DNA of 63,446 nt, filler included, from Reclinomonas americana ATCC 50394 (lineage: Eukaryota), in NCBI GenBank assembly GCA_048213135.1. It is 7 parts of one record of this genome, joined end to end, with 100 filler letters (N's around TTAATTAATTAA, not from the genome) between each part and the next. Parts side by side here need not be neighbours in the genome. Positions count along the whole stretch, not along the records: positions 22,090 to 50,400 come from PS015082.1; 6 more parts are not named here. One strand, given 5' to 3'. The notes beneath the pieces are model-generated. The model saw only the letters and a program-made list of their open reading frames with translations, was not told the origin of the DNA and did no database searches. Of this stretch, positions 25,831-38,458 are shown in pieces. The position numbers were made by a program, and so were the translations under genes. Positions within the stretch are counted from its first letter, which is position 1; each line of letters starts with the position of its first letter.

Positions 25831-26398
25831 AACCTCCGATCCCGATTTGCGTTGTGCTGCATTCGCGTGCAGTTATCCTTGTCCGGTACAACGACTTTCA
25901 CTTCAACATGACCTTTGTCGAGCCTACAAGCTGCGCGCCGAAGTGCAACCAAACATCGATATCGATCCAAAAACTGGCTGTGGTTCTTGTCAACCATGAT
26001 CGGGCCAAGAAGGCATAGTCCATTGCTCCGACCGCTGCTAGTCACCATCGCCGTCCTCTTCCTTCTGCACAGCGTGCTTAGACCGCCTTCGCCCGCAGCC
26101 AATCCGCACCGACCAACCAAAACCATCATTTGTTTCATTTCGCGAGCGAGAGAGCACACTGTCAACACCGACACTCATGCTGCGGAAAAAACACTCGGGC
26201 GGAACCAGTGGGAGCGGTCCATCACTCGGCGACCTACTTCGCACCGCCAAGGCTGCACGCGAACGGTGAGTTCTTATTGCACTCCTCTATCCTCAATCAA
26301 TTTCCGTCGACTTACTGAATCCACGACTCACTTCAATTGGGGTCCCAATATCACTGTCAAGACCGCCGCCAGTGCACATGCACCGGCAGGCGGTGCCG

Positions 26399-27878
26399 AT
26401 GCTGGTCTATACCACTGGCCCCGGGGTGCAATACATGACGCAGGGTTCGGGAGGCTGCACACTGACACAGGCCAGCCAGGCCGAGAGTGAGGAGGTCGAC
26501 GATGAGTACACGGCGTCGCAGTCGACCGCCATGTCGCCGGTCCTGTTGCCGGCGCCCACGGCGGCGTATCATGTGGCACGCACGCAGCGACGTCCTACCC
26601 TGGTGCAGCATGAAGTCGGACCGTATCACCATCACCACTACAGCAGCAGTCAGCAACCCGTCTACATGACGCAAACGGAAGTTGTCGCCCAGCCGCCACC
26701 ACCGCCGCCACCACCACCGCCACCGCCGCCACCACCGCCAGTTGTGGACCTGCAGCCCCTTGAACACAGTTACTCCTTTCGTGTTTTTTTTGCACGACAA
26801 TAGCGCGCGCGAGAGGCGACTTACTCATGCCATTGTACGAGCGCAGTGCTCCGACAGCACCTGGACAAGGTGGACGAGAAGATGAACGAGACATCTGGGG
26901 CGCTGTCGGCACGCGTCTCCAGCGCACTCGAGCACCTGCACGAAACCGTGAACTCGTCCCTGCAAACTCCGCCAAATGCGCCGCCGACTGAACCCGTGGT
27001 TCCATCGGAGCTGACCGAGTCGATCAAGACGCTGGAGACGCAGCTGGCGTCGTACAGGAAGGGCTGGAAGGTGATGCACGAAACTGTGCGCAGCCAGATG
27101 GGCGGCATCGCCACGCAGTTGACGCAGACGCTGCGCGAGGAGGTACGTTGTGCATGAAAGAGAAGGCCAGTAGTAGAAGCCTTCCACCATAACACCCGTG
27201 CACAACACCGCACAGATGAGTATCGTCCGGGAGGTGCCGCCGCTGCTGTTGCCACCACTCCCACCTCTCCCGCCGCCGCCACCCGCCCCGCCGACCGTGG
27301 ACACGCAAGACTTGTGCAACCAGCTCGTACGCCAGCTTCGCCAACCGCTCATCGCCATGGCCGAGGCGGCGCAAAAGGCAACCGAGCGCCGCCTGACGGC
27401 GCTGTTGGGCGAGGCAGTGCAGGCGATCCAGTGTACGCTGATGGCGCACATGGTGGCTCCCCCGCCACCACCACCACCACCACCACCAGTAGCAGCCCTG
27501 TGCAGCGAGACGACCACACTCACCACCTTCACCTCGTCCACCACCACGACCACCACCTCCTCCTCCTACGCCTCTCCTTTGCCGGCCGCCAGCCGCACCA
27601 CCGCCATCCAACATTGGCTCAACTCGCTGCAGACGGGCGACGGACATGTGACCACAGTGCACGACGACTGGAGCGTCGATTGCTGGCTGGACGCCGACGA
27701 GAGCGCCGAAGTGGTGACGGCCACTGCCACCAAGCGCAAGAAGCTCGTGTCGGGGCGGAAGCGGCCGCGCGAAAGCGAAGTTTGTCAGCAACAGCAGGAG
27801 CAACGAATGGTGGTGACTCGACGCTTCCGGAGATCGCACCACGCCGACGGAGAGCACGAGCTGCACAGTCTGCTCTAG
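26399..27878 (+). CDS. Pro/Thr-rich hypothetical protein with basic (NLS-like) C-terminal patches
   Basis: Three consecutive plus-strand ORF segments with polyPro tracts and KRKK/RKRPR. One clear intron gag|gtacgt...acag|atg lies near 27143-27216. No domain recognised. Confidence 0.4.
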
Positions 27879-28248
27879 AGGGAAAAAAACAACAGGCGGC
27901 CCAGACGCTCTGAGTGAACAATCAAACCAATATGCACTTCTTCCTTCTCACATAACACAGAATTCCACTNNNNNNNNNNNNNNNNNNNNNNNNNNNNNNN
28001 NNNNNNNNNNNNNNNNNNNNNNNNNNNNNNNNNNNNNNNNNNNNNNNNNNNNNNNNNNNNNNNNNNNNNNNNNNNNNNNNNNNNNNNNNNNNNNNNNNNN
28101 NNNNNNNNNNNNNNNNNNNNNNNNNNNNNNNNNNNNNNNNNNNNNNNNNNNNNNNNNNNNNNNNNNNNNACCCAACTTTTTTTGAGTGTGACAAACAAAA
28201 AGTCAGCAAAGAGGCAAAAGACTGTGCATGACAACAAGCAAGCGCAAC

Positions 28249-30290
28249 TCCACGCTTCAGGCACTCGCGAGAGACGGCCGGCATGAGGGTGGGAATGTAG
28301 GTCAGCACCGGGATAATGGGCGAATCGCGGTCACCAATGACCATGAAGCCCATCTCGATCAGGCGATCGCGGAAGTAGTTGGAGTTCTCCTTCAGCGCAT
28401 GAATGCGCTTCACACCGTCATCGGTGCCGTCCTCGCCGATAATGACCTCCAGAGCCGACAGCGCCATGCGCGCGCAGCCCGGCGCCATCTGGCACGAGTA
28501 CACCGAACCAAACGTGGTGCGGCGGAGGTAGTCGATCAGCTCGTGAGATCCCGCAATGTAGCCGCCCACCGAGCCGAAAGACTTGGTGAAGGTGCCCATG
28601 AGAATGTCCACGTCCTTCGGCTCCACACCGTGGTACTCGCACACTCCGCGGCCGCTGTGACCAATGGCACCAATGCTGTGCGCCTCGTCCACGTACAGGT
28701 AGCACTGCGGATGCGAGTCAGCAGGAGAACGGGGAGAAGAGTGTGCAGACAGGCAAACACACACACACACACACACACCTTGTACTTCTTCTTGATGGCA
28801 ACCACTGCAGGCAGGTCCACAATGTGGCCCTCCATCGAGTAAATGCCCTCCACCAGAATCCAAATGCGCTCCCACGGGCGGTGCGTGCGCGGCTGGCCCT
28901 CGACAATGCTCTCGCGAATGACGCGCTCCAAATCCTTCACATCTGTGTTGCATGAAGAAGAAGAAAAGAAAACACCGCATTGAGAAAATTGGTCCACGCG
29001 TCACGTGTCTGTGTCGCGATGCGTACAAACCTCCGTGCTTGAAGACGCGAATCTTGGCCGCACCTCCGCGGGCGCCGACCACCAACGAGGCGTGATTGAG
29101 GGAGTCGGAGATAATCAGAGTGCCCTTCGGTGCGAGCGCCGGAAGCACAGTCGAGTTGGTCGCAAAGCCCATGCCTGCACACCACCAAAAAGTTCGAACC
29201 CAGTCAGTCGTCCAATAACCGGAGCCACGTGTGTGTGGGTCCGTGAATGCAGCAGTCGACGACATGCAACGCACCGAAAATCATGGCTGCCTCCTTGCCC
29301 ACAAACGACGCAATCTTGCGCTCCAGCTCGCGGTGCACATCCGTGTAGCCCAAATCGCAGCTGGCACCGCACGTCGACACGCCCAAGTCATAGATCGAGC
29401 GCTCCACGTCGTCAATGCACTTGCCACCGGTCTGTGCAAAGCCCAGGTAGTTGTACGAGCCGAGATTGATCACTCCGCGGTGCACCTGTCCCTCCACGAC
29501 CCTGCAAAAAACAATCATGCATGTATGCATTGAGTCGCTTGCAGAAAACAGCAGAAAGCTGCGGCAAAGAGGCGAAACTTGAAGGTCTTGAAGTTGTCCT
29601 TGGACTCGCGCACCATCACATCGAAACGCGCACCAGGCACCGACTGGATGGGTCTACGCAAACGCACGATCAGCACAAAACGCAAGACATGTCGCGCTTT
29701 GAAAGGACGGAGAGAAAAGACGCACCGGTTCCAGCAGTCCTGAATGCGGTGGTACCTGAGAGGTGTGAGGGACACAGAGGGAGACGGTGTCAGCGAAAGA
29801 GACAAGGAGAGGGTGAGCCGCTCAAAAGCAACGCAACAGGTTGCGGCAGTAAAAGTCCTGCACACACACACACACGGAGAAGCAAGTATGCAGTTAGTGC
29901 AATGATGCAACGACACGCATGAGGCAACAGGCAGAGCAAGAAAGGGAGGGAGAGGGAGGGACGGGAAAACAAAACGACAGACATGTCCGCGTGTGTTTGG
30001 GAGCGTGATCAACGGCCGTCACATGCACTTGAGCGATACCACGCACGATCGCCGTCACACACGCACGTGCTCACGCAACGAATGCAAACACGCGGAGCGA
30101 GAGAGCAAGACAAAGAGAGAACGAGAGAACAAAGAGAGAGCAGGCAAGGATGCTCGTGGAAATGGCGGCTCGCAAGAACAGCGGAGAAGTGCGCGGAGTA
30201 CGGGCTCACCTCAAAGTCCGACACCAGTGGGCAGTAACCCGGTGGCGCCACATTAGTCCGGCGACGCAGGATCTTGCGAGCAAAATCCTG
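28249..30290 (-). CDS. LCB2: Serine palmitoyltransferase catalytic subunit LCB2/SPTLC2 (partial)
   Basis: Motifs [79 protein letters not shown] and the PLP-lysine motif MGTFTKSFG. Confidence 0.95.
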
Positions 30291-30990
30291 ACACGCAAAA
30301 GTGTGTGTTNNNNNNNNNNNNNNNNNNNNNNNNNNNNNNNNNNNNNNNNNNNNNNNNNNNNNNNNNNNNNNNNNNNNNNNNNNNNNNNNNNNNNNNNNNN
30401 NNNNNNNNNNNNNNNNNNNNNNNNNNNNNNNNNNNNNNNNNNNNNNNNNNNNNNNNNNNNNNNNNNNNNNNNNNNNNNNNNNNNNNNNNNNNNNNNNNNN
30501 NNNNNNNNNNNNNNNNNNNNNNNNNNNNNNNNNNNNNNNNNNNNNNNNNNNNNNNNNNNNNNNNNNNNNNNNNNNNNNNNNNNNNNNNNNNNNNNNNNNN
30601 NNNNNNNNNNNNNNNNNNNNNNNNNNNNNNNNNNNNNNNNNNNNNNNNNNNNNNNNNNNNNNNNNNNNNNNNNNNNNNNNNNNNNNNNNNNNNNNNNNNN
30701 NNNNNNNNNNNNNNNNNNNNNNNNNNNNNNNNNNNNNNNNNNNNNNNNNNNNNNNNNNNNNNNNNNNNNNNNNNNNNNNNNNNNNNNNNNNNNNNNNNNN
30801 NNNNNNNNNNNNNNNNNNNNNNNNNNNNNNNNNNNNNNNNNNNNNNNNNNNNNNNNNNNNNNNNNNNNNNNNNNNNNNNNNNNNNNNNNNNNNNNNNNNN
30901 NNNNNNNNNNNNNNNNNGAATGTCTTCACACGCAAACCAGAGACAAGTTGACACGTGTGCTGACAACTCGACCTCACTCGTCACTCACTC

Positions 30991-31401
30991 ACCAATGACG
31001 AATGGGCCGGCGGGCGGGCCCTCGCGCAGCCTCGTCTCGGCCTTGACCTCGACACGCATGCGCAGGAGGCCGCACAGGATCGGAATGCGGTCGGTCACGG
31101 TGAAGTCGACTTGCTCCTGTCGCCGCGAGTGCACCACAATGCCGTCGGCGAACGGGTGGCATTTGAGCACGTTTTCCGGCTCGTGGAACCAGAACCGCAA
31201 AACGTCTTTTGGTGGCGCGTCTGTGTGTGTGGAGAGAGAGAGAGAGTGATGAGCTTGATTGATCAAGAGTCTCTCTCAGGATCTCTCACCAATGTCTTGC
31301 TCCAGTGCGAATGTGAACGTGCTGCGCTTCTCGATCAGCACGTACACCACCGCAGCGAGCACGGCCAGCACAAGCAACCCCTCGGGCACACCGAGAATCA
31401 T
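30991..31401 (-). CDS. N-terminally anchored protein with possible SRPBCC/START-like domain (partial)
   Basis: MILGVPEGLLVLAVLAAVVYVLI hydrophobic segment, then APPKDVLRFWFHEPENVLKCHP..VDFTVTDRIP, which resembles the start of SRPBCC folds. Confidence 0.45.
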
Positions 31402-31490
31402 GTTTGGTCACGGGTTACAAACCGTAATTCCTCGCCGTAACCCCAGTTACCCTCATCTATCGCCGGTGCGCGGAGTTGCAGCCAAACCAC

Positions 31491-33118
31491 ATGGAGGAGG
31501 TGCGTGCGACACACACACATGCACAACAGTGTCATGACTCGCACTGCTGCGCATGTTCTTCCGCGTGTGTGCGCCTGTGTGTTGGCATGACGATCGACAT
31601 GGCACACAAACTGCTTCTTCCTCTCTCTCTCTCGCTCTCTTTCTCTCTTCCAGTCCTCTATCAATGTTCATGCCACACACCTGTCTCTTTCCCTCTCCTT
31701 CGCATCACTTGTGCTTTTTTTTCGCTGGATTCGTCGCGCATCGCATCGAAAAGTTCTCACTCTCTTCGCATTTTTTTCTGCGCAGATTGTGCACTTGCTG
31801 AACACGGAAGTGGTGGATCGCCTGATTCTGGGTGTCGAGCCGAACCCGGCCAACACTCCGCTCTCGTTCGACTACTCGGTGTGGCGCCAGGCGGCGCTCA
31901 TTTGGTCGCTGATCACCTTTGGCGGCTACATTGTTTGTTGCGTCAATTGCCTGGTCCTGCCTCCCTCTCATCTGCCTCTTGTCACTCACGCACCCCATGT
32001 GCGTTAGATTTCATCTTCTGCACCCTGTCGTACCTGTGGACGTTCAAGCTGTACAAGAACTACTACTTCCCGCAGGGTCTGGTGGTGCCGTGGAGCCAGC
32101 TCGGCAGCGAGATCTTCCTCTCCTGCTGGTCGATTCCCATCATGGGCTTGCTGACGGTGCCGCTGGAGGTACGCGTCTCTCTTCGTCGTTGTCGTTGTGT
32201 GCCGACTGCCAACTCACCTGCATCGGCAGCTGCTGGTGCTGTACGGCTACACCAATGTTTACTTTAATGTGTCGGACTACGGCATGGCGTACATGTTTGT
32301 GTCGCCGGTGCTGTTCCTCATCTTTACCGACTCGCTGATCTACTGGATCCACCGCGGCCTGCACGACATCCCGTGGCTCTACAACAACATCCACAAGCCG
32401 CACCACACCTTCAAGGAGGTGACGCCGTTCTCGGCCTTGTCGTTCCACCCGGTCGACGGCTGGGCGCAGGGTCTCCCCTACCACCTCTTCGTGATGGTGT
32501 TCCCGTTCCACTCGTACATGTACTTTGGCGCCCTCCTCGTCGTCAACATGTGGACCATCAACATCCACGATCGTTGGTCACTCGACATCCCCGCCGTCAA
32601 CGGTGCTTCGCATCACGACATTCACCACCGCAAGGTATGTGCGCGCGCTCCCAATAGTGTGCTGATCTCCTGTTCCAGTTGCTCACTCTCTTGTCCCTCC
32701 CCCCTCGCAGTATGTCGTTGCGTACAATGCGTCAACCTGCTGCTCGCACCCGTGCTTCCCCCTCATTGCTCACCTCTCTCTGCTCGTGTCATCTCATCGC
32801 CATGCACACCAGTACAACGTTGCGTCTCACTCACATTGGTTTGTTTGTCAAGCGTCGCGCCACTGACCCTTCCCTTCCCTCTCCCCCTACGCAGTATGGC
32901 CAGGTGCTGTCGCCCTCCCTCTGTTCTCTCACCCCAGCCTCTCATCTCACATTCACACACTTGCTCAGTACTTGACCTTCTGGGACAAGGTCTGCGGCAC
33001 GTTCCTCGACCCGGCGGTGCAGGCGGCCAAGGATGCCGAGGAGGAGAAGAAGTGGGGCAAGCGCTCCGGCTCGGTCTCCACAGGTGCCGGCAAGAAGAGC
33101 ACCATCAAGGCGGCGTAA
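31491..33118 (+). CDS. ERG3: C-5 sterol desaturase (ERG3/SC5D family)
   Basis: His boxes YWIHRGLH, IHKPHH, SFHPVDG, NIHD and HHDIHH, then YV|YN|YGQ|YLTFWDKVCGT from micro-exons 32711-32716, 32813-32818 and 32895-32903. Stop TAA at 33116-33118. Confidence 0.93.
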
Positions 33119-33323
33119 TGGAACTGGCGAAGGATTGTTATTGTTTTTTTGTTTTCTCCTCCCAAGAGTAAGTGTGTGCACAGTCACTGTCTGTGTGATT
33201 CTTTCCCCGTTCAACGTACGGAGAAGTGAAGACGCATGACAAAGGCGGTGACGGCATCCATACGTACACAAACACAGCTTATTTAATTGTATTGCTTTGA
33301 CTGCTCTCTCATGATTAACAATG

Positions 33324-36300
33324 TCACACTCGACTGGGCGCAAAAGCATGCGGCTGTCGCCCTGCAGCACTGGCGGCCGACGCAGCGCTGGCCAGGTCCG
33401 ACGGTGCTGGTAACCGTGGTGGCTGCGGTGGTGGTGGCGCCGCCGACAGGTACGACCGCGGGGCGTCACTGCGTGCGTCCAGCGAGGCCGTCGAGTTGGA
33501 CGCTGGCCGACCAAACAGTGGGTTGCTGACGTTCTGTCCGACCGCCGACGCACTACTGCCCAGTGGCGATGTGGCGGGGGTGGGCGGCACAGGTTGCGCC
33601 GGTGGCTGCGGCAGGCCAGCGGCCGATCGCACCGACTGACCGCGCAACAGTGACATGGTGTCGGGTGGCGTGGCCGGTGGCGTGCCATTCGTCGGCGACG
33701 ACGGGGGCGACTGCTGTGCGCCCGGACCCGCCGATGGCAGAGGTGCAGACACGCCTCCCCTGGATTCGCGAAGTCTGTACACGTACGCGCGCGCACGTCA
33801 GTTGCAAGAAATGCCTGGGTGCACGCACGCAAGAGTCGACGCAACTGTCGCATTTTTTGCCACTGCGCGGCAAGTGAACCGGCTGGTGGATCCGACGAGG
33901 ACTTGTCGCCGCCGCCACCGCCGCCACCGCCACCTCCGCTGCTGTTACCACGACCGAGTACACCGCCAAGAGTGGAAAGCGTGCCACCACCACCGCCACC
34001 GCCGCCGCCGCCACCACTACTACCACCGCCACCACCACCGCCGCCACCCGAAGGCAGACTGATGCCTCCGCCTCCACCGCCGCCACCGACACCGAACAGG
34101 CGAGAGGAAACCAGCACCAGACCTGCACTCAGAGGCATTAGTGATGTGCAGCAAAGTACGAACTCCTTCCCAAACTGTCTCTCACGCACCCGTGGTGATC
34201 ACAGTGGAGAACGCGTTGGTGCCGGCGCTGAGATACAGGAATGCCACGACCACAAAAGCGAGAATGCTGCCGAGTAGCAAGGCAGTCGACAGCACGGAGA
34301 CGAGGATGGTTCGGGTGCGATGTCGCACGAATCTACGAACGGGAGGGGGAGGGCGAGTGAGTATCGTGACGTGTCGTGTATGTGCGTGATCTGATCGGAA
34401 CTTGGTGATGGTTCTGAGCGCACGCTCCAGGCGCTGGCCCGTGAGACCACACGCTCGTTCGGCGACTTCTGCAGCCTCCTGATCCATCGGTGCTCCCGGG
34501 GCGTACAGGCGCTGCATTGACGGAGATTAATGATGGGGGGGCAGGTGACGTGGATGGTGCACACACGAACCACAGCCTCCTCGTCATTGAGCTCGTATCC
34601 GCCGCGTACGACAAACGTGGCCCGACGCAAGCTGATTTCAACCACATCCAGAGCGAGACCGGCATTGTTGGCCGAAAAGTAAATGGCAAACACCTGATCA
34701 AGGTCGGTGCAAGTGGGCACACGACATCGCACCACTCCATTGCGTGCAATCGCATCAGTCACACTCACCATCGCGCCCACTGCCGCCGCCGGCAGCAGCA
34801 CGGTCTGGGTGGCCACCAGCAGGCCGACGATGAACCAGAGACAAAACAAGATGATCGCCGCGATCACAGTGACAATCAGCACAAAGGCACTAATCTGGTA
34901 GAAGACTTCCAGGGTCCGCGACGGTACTTGTCCGTGCTTGAAGATGCGGTGCCAGCGACACGACGCCACCACCAACCAGAAAAGTGTCACCGACAGTGGC
35001 CACAGTAATAGCTGGTGACTCGCAGTGAGTGCCACCAGCAGCAGCACACGATCGCACAACCTCACAACGCACCACCAGCATGGCGGTGATATCTTCTTGG
35101 AACACAATCGGCGCCATGAAAATCCACGTGTAGAGAATGCTTGGTGCGCACAAGTTGACGATCAGCAGCCAGCGTTTTCGTGTCTTCAGGTCTCTGTCGA
35201 GCACCACCGAGTGAGTCCAGCAGTTGGCGAGAGGCGCGGTGGTGGCGAAGCAGGCACGCAACTCTTCCGACATGTCCTTCAGGTGCGATGCCTCCAGGAA
35301 CGACGATCCCGAGATACCGAGTGCGCGGAAAATCAACGTGGCCACATAGATACCACCGCCAATGGCACTGACCAACATCAGTGACAACAACACGATCCAT
35401 TCCGATTGCTGACACACATTGTGAATACACGGGCGAGTGTCATACACGCACACGCACACACACACAGAGCTGTGACTCATTGCGCAACTGAGGTCTTGTT
35501 GGGCGTGCAGATGCCCTGATTGTCGCAGCACTGCAGGTTGGGGTTGGAACCAATCACCTTTGGTACGACGGGGTCGCCAAAGCAGAGTGTCGGTGGCGCC
35601 GCCAATTTGGTGGTGTTGTACGCCTGCACAGGAGCAGCGATTGTCAGAAAACAAGAGAGACAGGAGAGAGATAGGAGAGTAATGCAATGAAGACGCACCG
35701 TGTACAGCGCCAACGCAATGGTGGTGATGCGGTAATCTGGCGTCGTATCGATGCAGAACGGCAACGACAGCTGAATCTGAGCCACATTGTAGTCGAATGG
35801 CACCAGGAACAAGGTGAAGAACTGCAACACCAAGTAAGCACACAAGTGATACGTGCGGGTACCGCGACGGAACAACACCAAACTTGGATGAGCTTAAAGT
35901 TGAACTGGTAGTAAAATGCATTGTCTGCAATCGCCTGCAACACGACGGCGCAAAAGAGACGAGCGACGAGTGAGTGCGTGCGCATGTGTGGAAGTACAGG
36001 GGCATGGAGAATAACGTCACCCAATGCTGTGGATAAACGCCACTGTACTGGGTCTTGAGATCTGTATCCAGGAGAACCGAGCTCAAGTCGCCATTCACCT
36101 GCGAATCGGAGACGCATACATCAGTGGTGGAGAGGGAAAAAAAGAGCGGAGCGTGCGCTGCAGCATTGCGCAACAGAAATGTTAATGAGCGTCACTGGGC
36201 GCAGAGGCGAAATGCTGCGCAACGCCGCCGAGAAATTCGTGGACGACACAGGGGCCACAGCTTGCGTGAGGTAGGATGTGGTGTTGACAGGCGGGTTGGG

Positions 36301-38339
36301 CAGCGGGTAGGTGGTGCACGCATCGTCTGCACAAATGGAAATGGGTGCGTGGTGGTGAGCGTCTGCAAACGACACGAAATCGGCTGACGACGCACGATTG
36401 GCAAAGGCGCTAAAGTACTGATCGGCGGTCGGGCAGTAACCGGCAACGTTGATGGCATTGCCGTAGCACTGCAGACTGCCGATGTTGAGAGGCTTGGTTA
36501 AAAACGTGTAGCCGAACGAAGGGCAGTTGACGCTGCCGGTGGCACACATGGCAACCAGCGTGGTCTGCACGGCAAGAAACACATGCCGCGGTGAGCAACG
36601 CCACCGAGTGTTCTGCAAGCACGAACGTTGCTTACCCAAGTGAGTAAGAGTGGTCTACCACCCACAAGTGGCGTGAGGATGTCGTAGTTGAAGCGTAGTT
36701 GTAAAGGCTGACCGCTCCCAGGGTTCACTTGACCGGCGGGGTTGGTGATGACCCACGACATGGTGTCGTCTTCGAGCAGATTCCACGTGCCATCCGGCTG
36801 GATGAACACAAGTGTCGTGATGGGCCCTGTACGTCGACGGTTGTGAGCGACGAAGGAATGTGTGGGGAGTTGAGGGAAAGCTGCGACGTACACATGCACG
36901 TGATGCGGACGTTGTTGCTCTGCGACTGCTGCTGAATGTCGTTGGAGCACCACGGCAGGTTGACTGGATTGCCCGAAGCGTCAATGACCGTCACATTCTG
37001 CGCGCCGCCAATGTTCAGCTTTCCTGATACCGACAAACAGAACAACAGCAAACAAGCAACGAGAAGCACACACCAGCGTCTGCGCCGACTCGAGATAATT
37101 TAGGGAGGAGCACGGCACGTAGTAGAAGCTTTGCGGCGGCACCAATTGCGGGCAGTTCAACTGTGCCGCGTAGCTCCAGCCAGAGAGGATCACCGAGTAG
37201 GCGACTGCGAGGCGCGTGTCAAGCATGGAAGATGATGAGATAGATTGTGAGAGCACGCACTGCCAATGGAGGGCGCCACTGTGGCCACCAGTGTGATTGG
37301 GACGAGAACGGGATTCGAGGTGACCAGCAAACTGGCCTGCAGCGGCTGCGCCGACGATTGCTGACCAATGTAGCCGACAAAGATGAGCTGCGAGAACACG
37401 GCCTGCCCGTTCACGGTGTTGACCGTGCTCTGGCCGATGAACGCGAAGCTGGGATTGCTGGGCGAAATGACGACGGCACGTCCATTGTCGCTCAGCACCA
37501 GATTGCCCCAGCCGTCCGTCACCTCAATCGTCATGGTGCGGAACGGCATGCCCACCACGGCGTAAAACAGCGCCTGAACTGAAGTGGCAGAGGCGCGCAA
37601 GCGAGTCGAGTCTGGAAACACAGCGTGTGTAAGAGAGGGATGGCACAGCACGACTCGTGCGGGGTGCGAGACGCAACATCCGTACTGTACGACCACGTTA
37701 ATGGTGGCGTCGAGGGCACACGAGGGATATTGGACGCGAACTTGTAGCGTCTCCTGTATGACGTTGCCGTTCAACACCGCACCGCAAGCAGTGTTCAGCT
37801 GACCGCAAAGCGTCCAGTAGACCTGATCGCCACAGCGGGTGTGGTGAGCCAGAGGTCTCCGCAAGAGCGCGAAGACCAAAGAAGAACGCAACTGCTTGTG
37901 AGACTGGATCGGAGGTGAAGGTGGAGGCCGCCGTGTACCCCTGCGTGCACACCTGCGCGCACCCTTGGCCAGGCGCCACACCTATCCGCGTGATGTTGAG
38001 CACCACCTGCGAGTTGAAGGTGATGGCCGGGGTGCTGGTGAAGCTGAGCGCATTGTACTGGCCCATGCGCATGGGATTGGTCGTGGTGTAACCCTGCAGT
38101 CCATTGACGATCGCCAGCGACATGAACGGACAGGCAGACGCACGCGGAACCACACTCGTGCTGGTGGCAGCCACTATTGCAAACGAGTCAGAAGGTGAGT
38201 TGCGTGCGCGGCGCGAGAGTGCAGTCACGAAACTCGAGGCCATTTGCATCGCCGCGGCCAGGTACACTGGGATGAGAAGCGCCACGACTGTAAACGTCAA
38301 GAGACGCGCAAGCGCGCCATCAGCACGGCGCTGAAACAT
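33324..38339 (-). CDS. Large multi-pass membrane protein: signal peptide, Cys-containing ectodomain, several TM helices, Gly- and Pro-rich cytoplasmic tail
   Basis: N-terminus MFQRRADGALARLLTFTVVALLIPVYLAAA. Many small GT-AG exons. Hydrophobic helices at 34200-35410. Poly-Gly at 33900-34090 and a Pro/Ser tail ending at 33324. Confidence 0.6.
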
Positions 38340-38458
38340 CCACCGAGCGCCGAGTGCGTTCTTTTGAATGCGAATGAATAGTCAAAGGATTGAGGACCGT
38401 GGGACGTGTGGGAACATCATGGGTTTAGTTCATTGTCGGAAGGCGTGCTGCCGCTGTT

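Noticed and set aside
33819-34277. Plus-strand poly-proline ORF resembling formin/WASP
   Set aside because: It is the antisense shadow of the Gly-rich exon of the minus-strand membrane protein, and no FH2 or WH2 domain is present.
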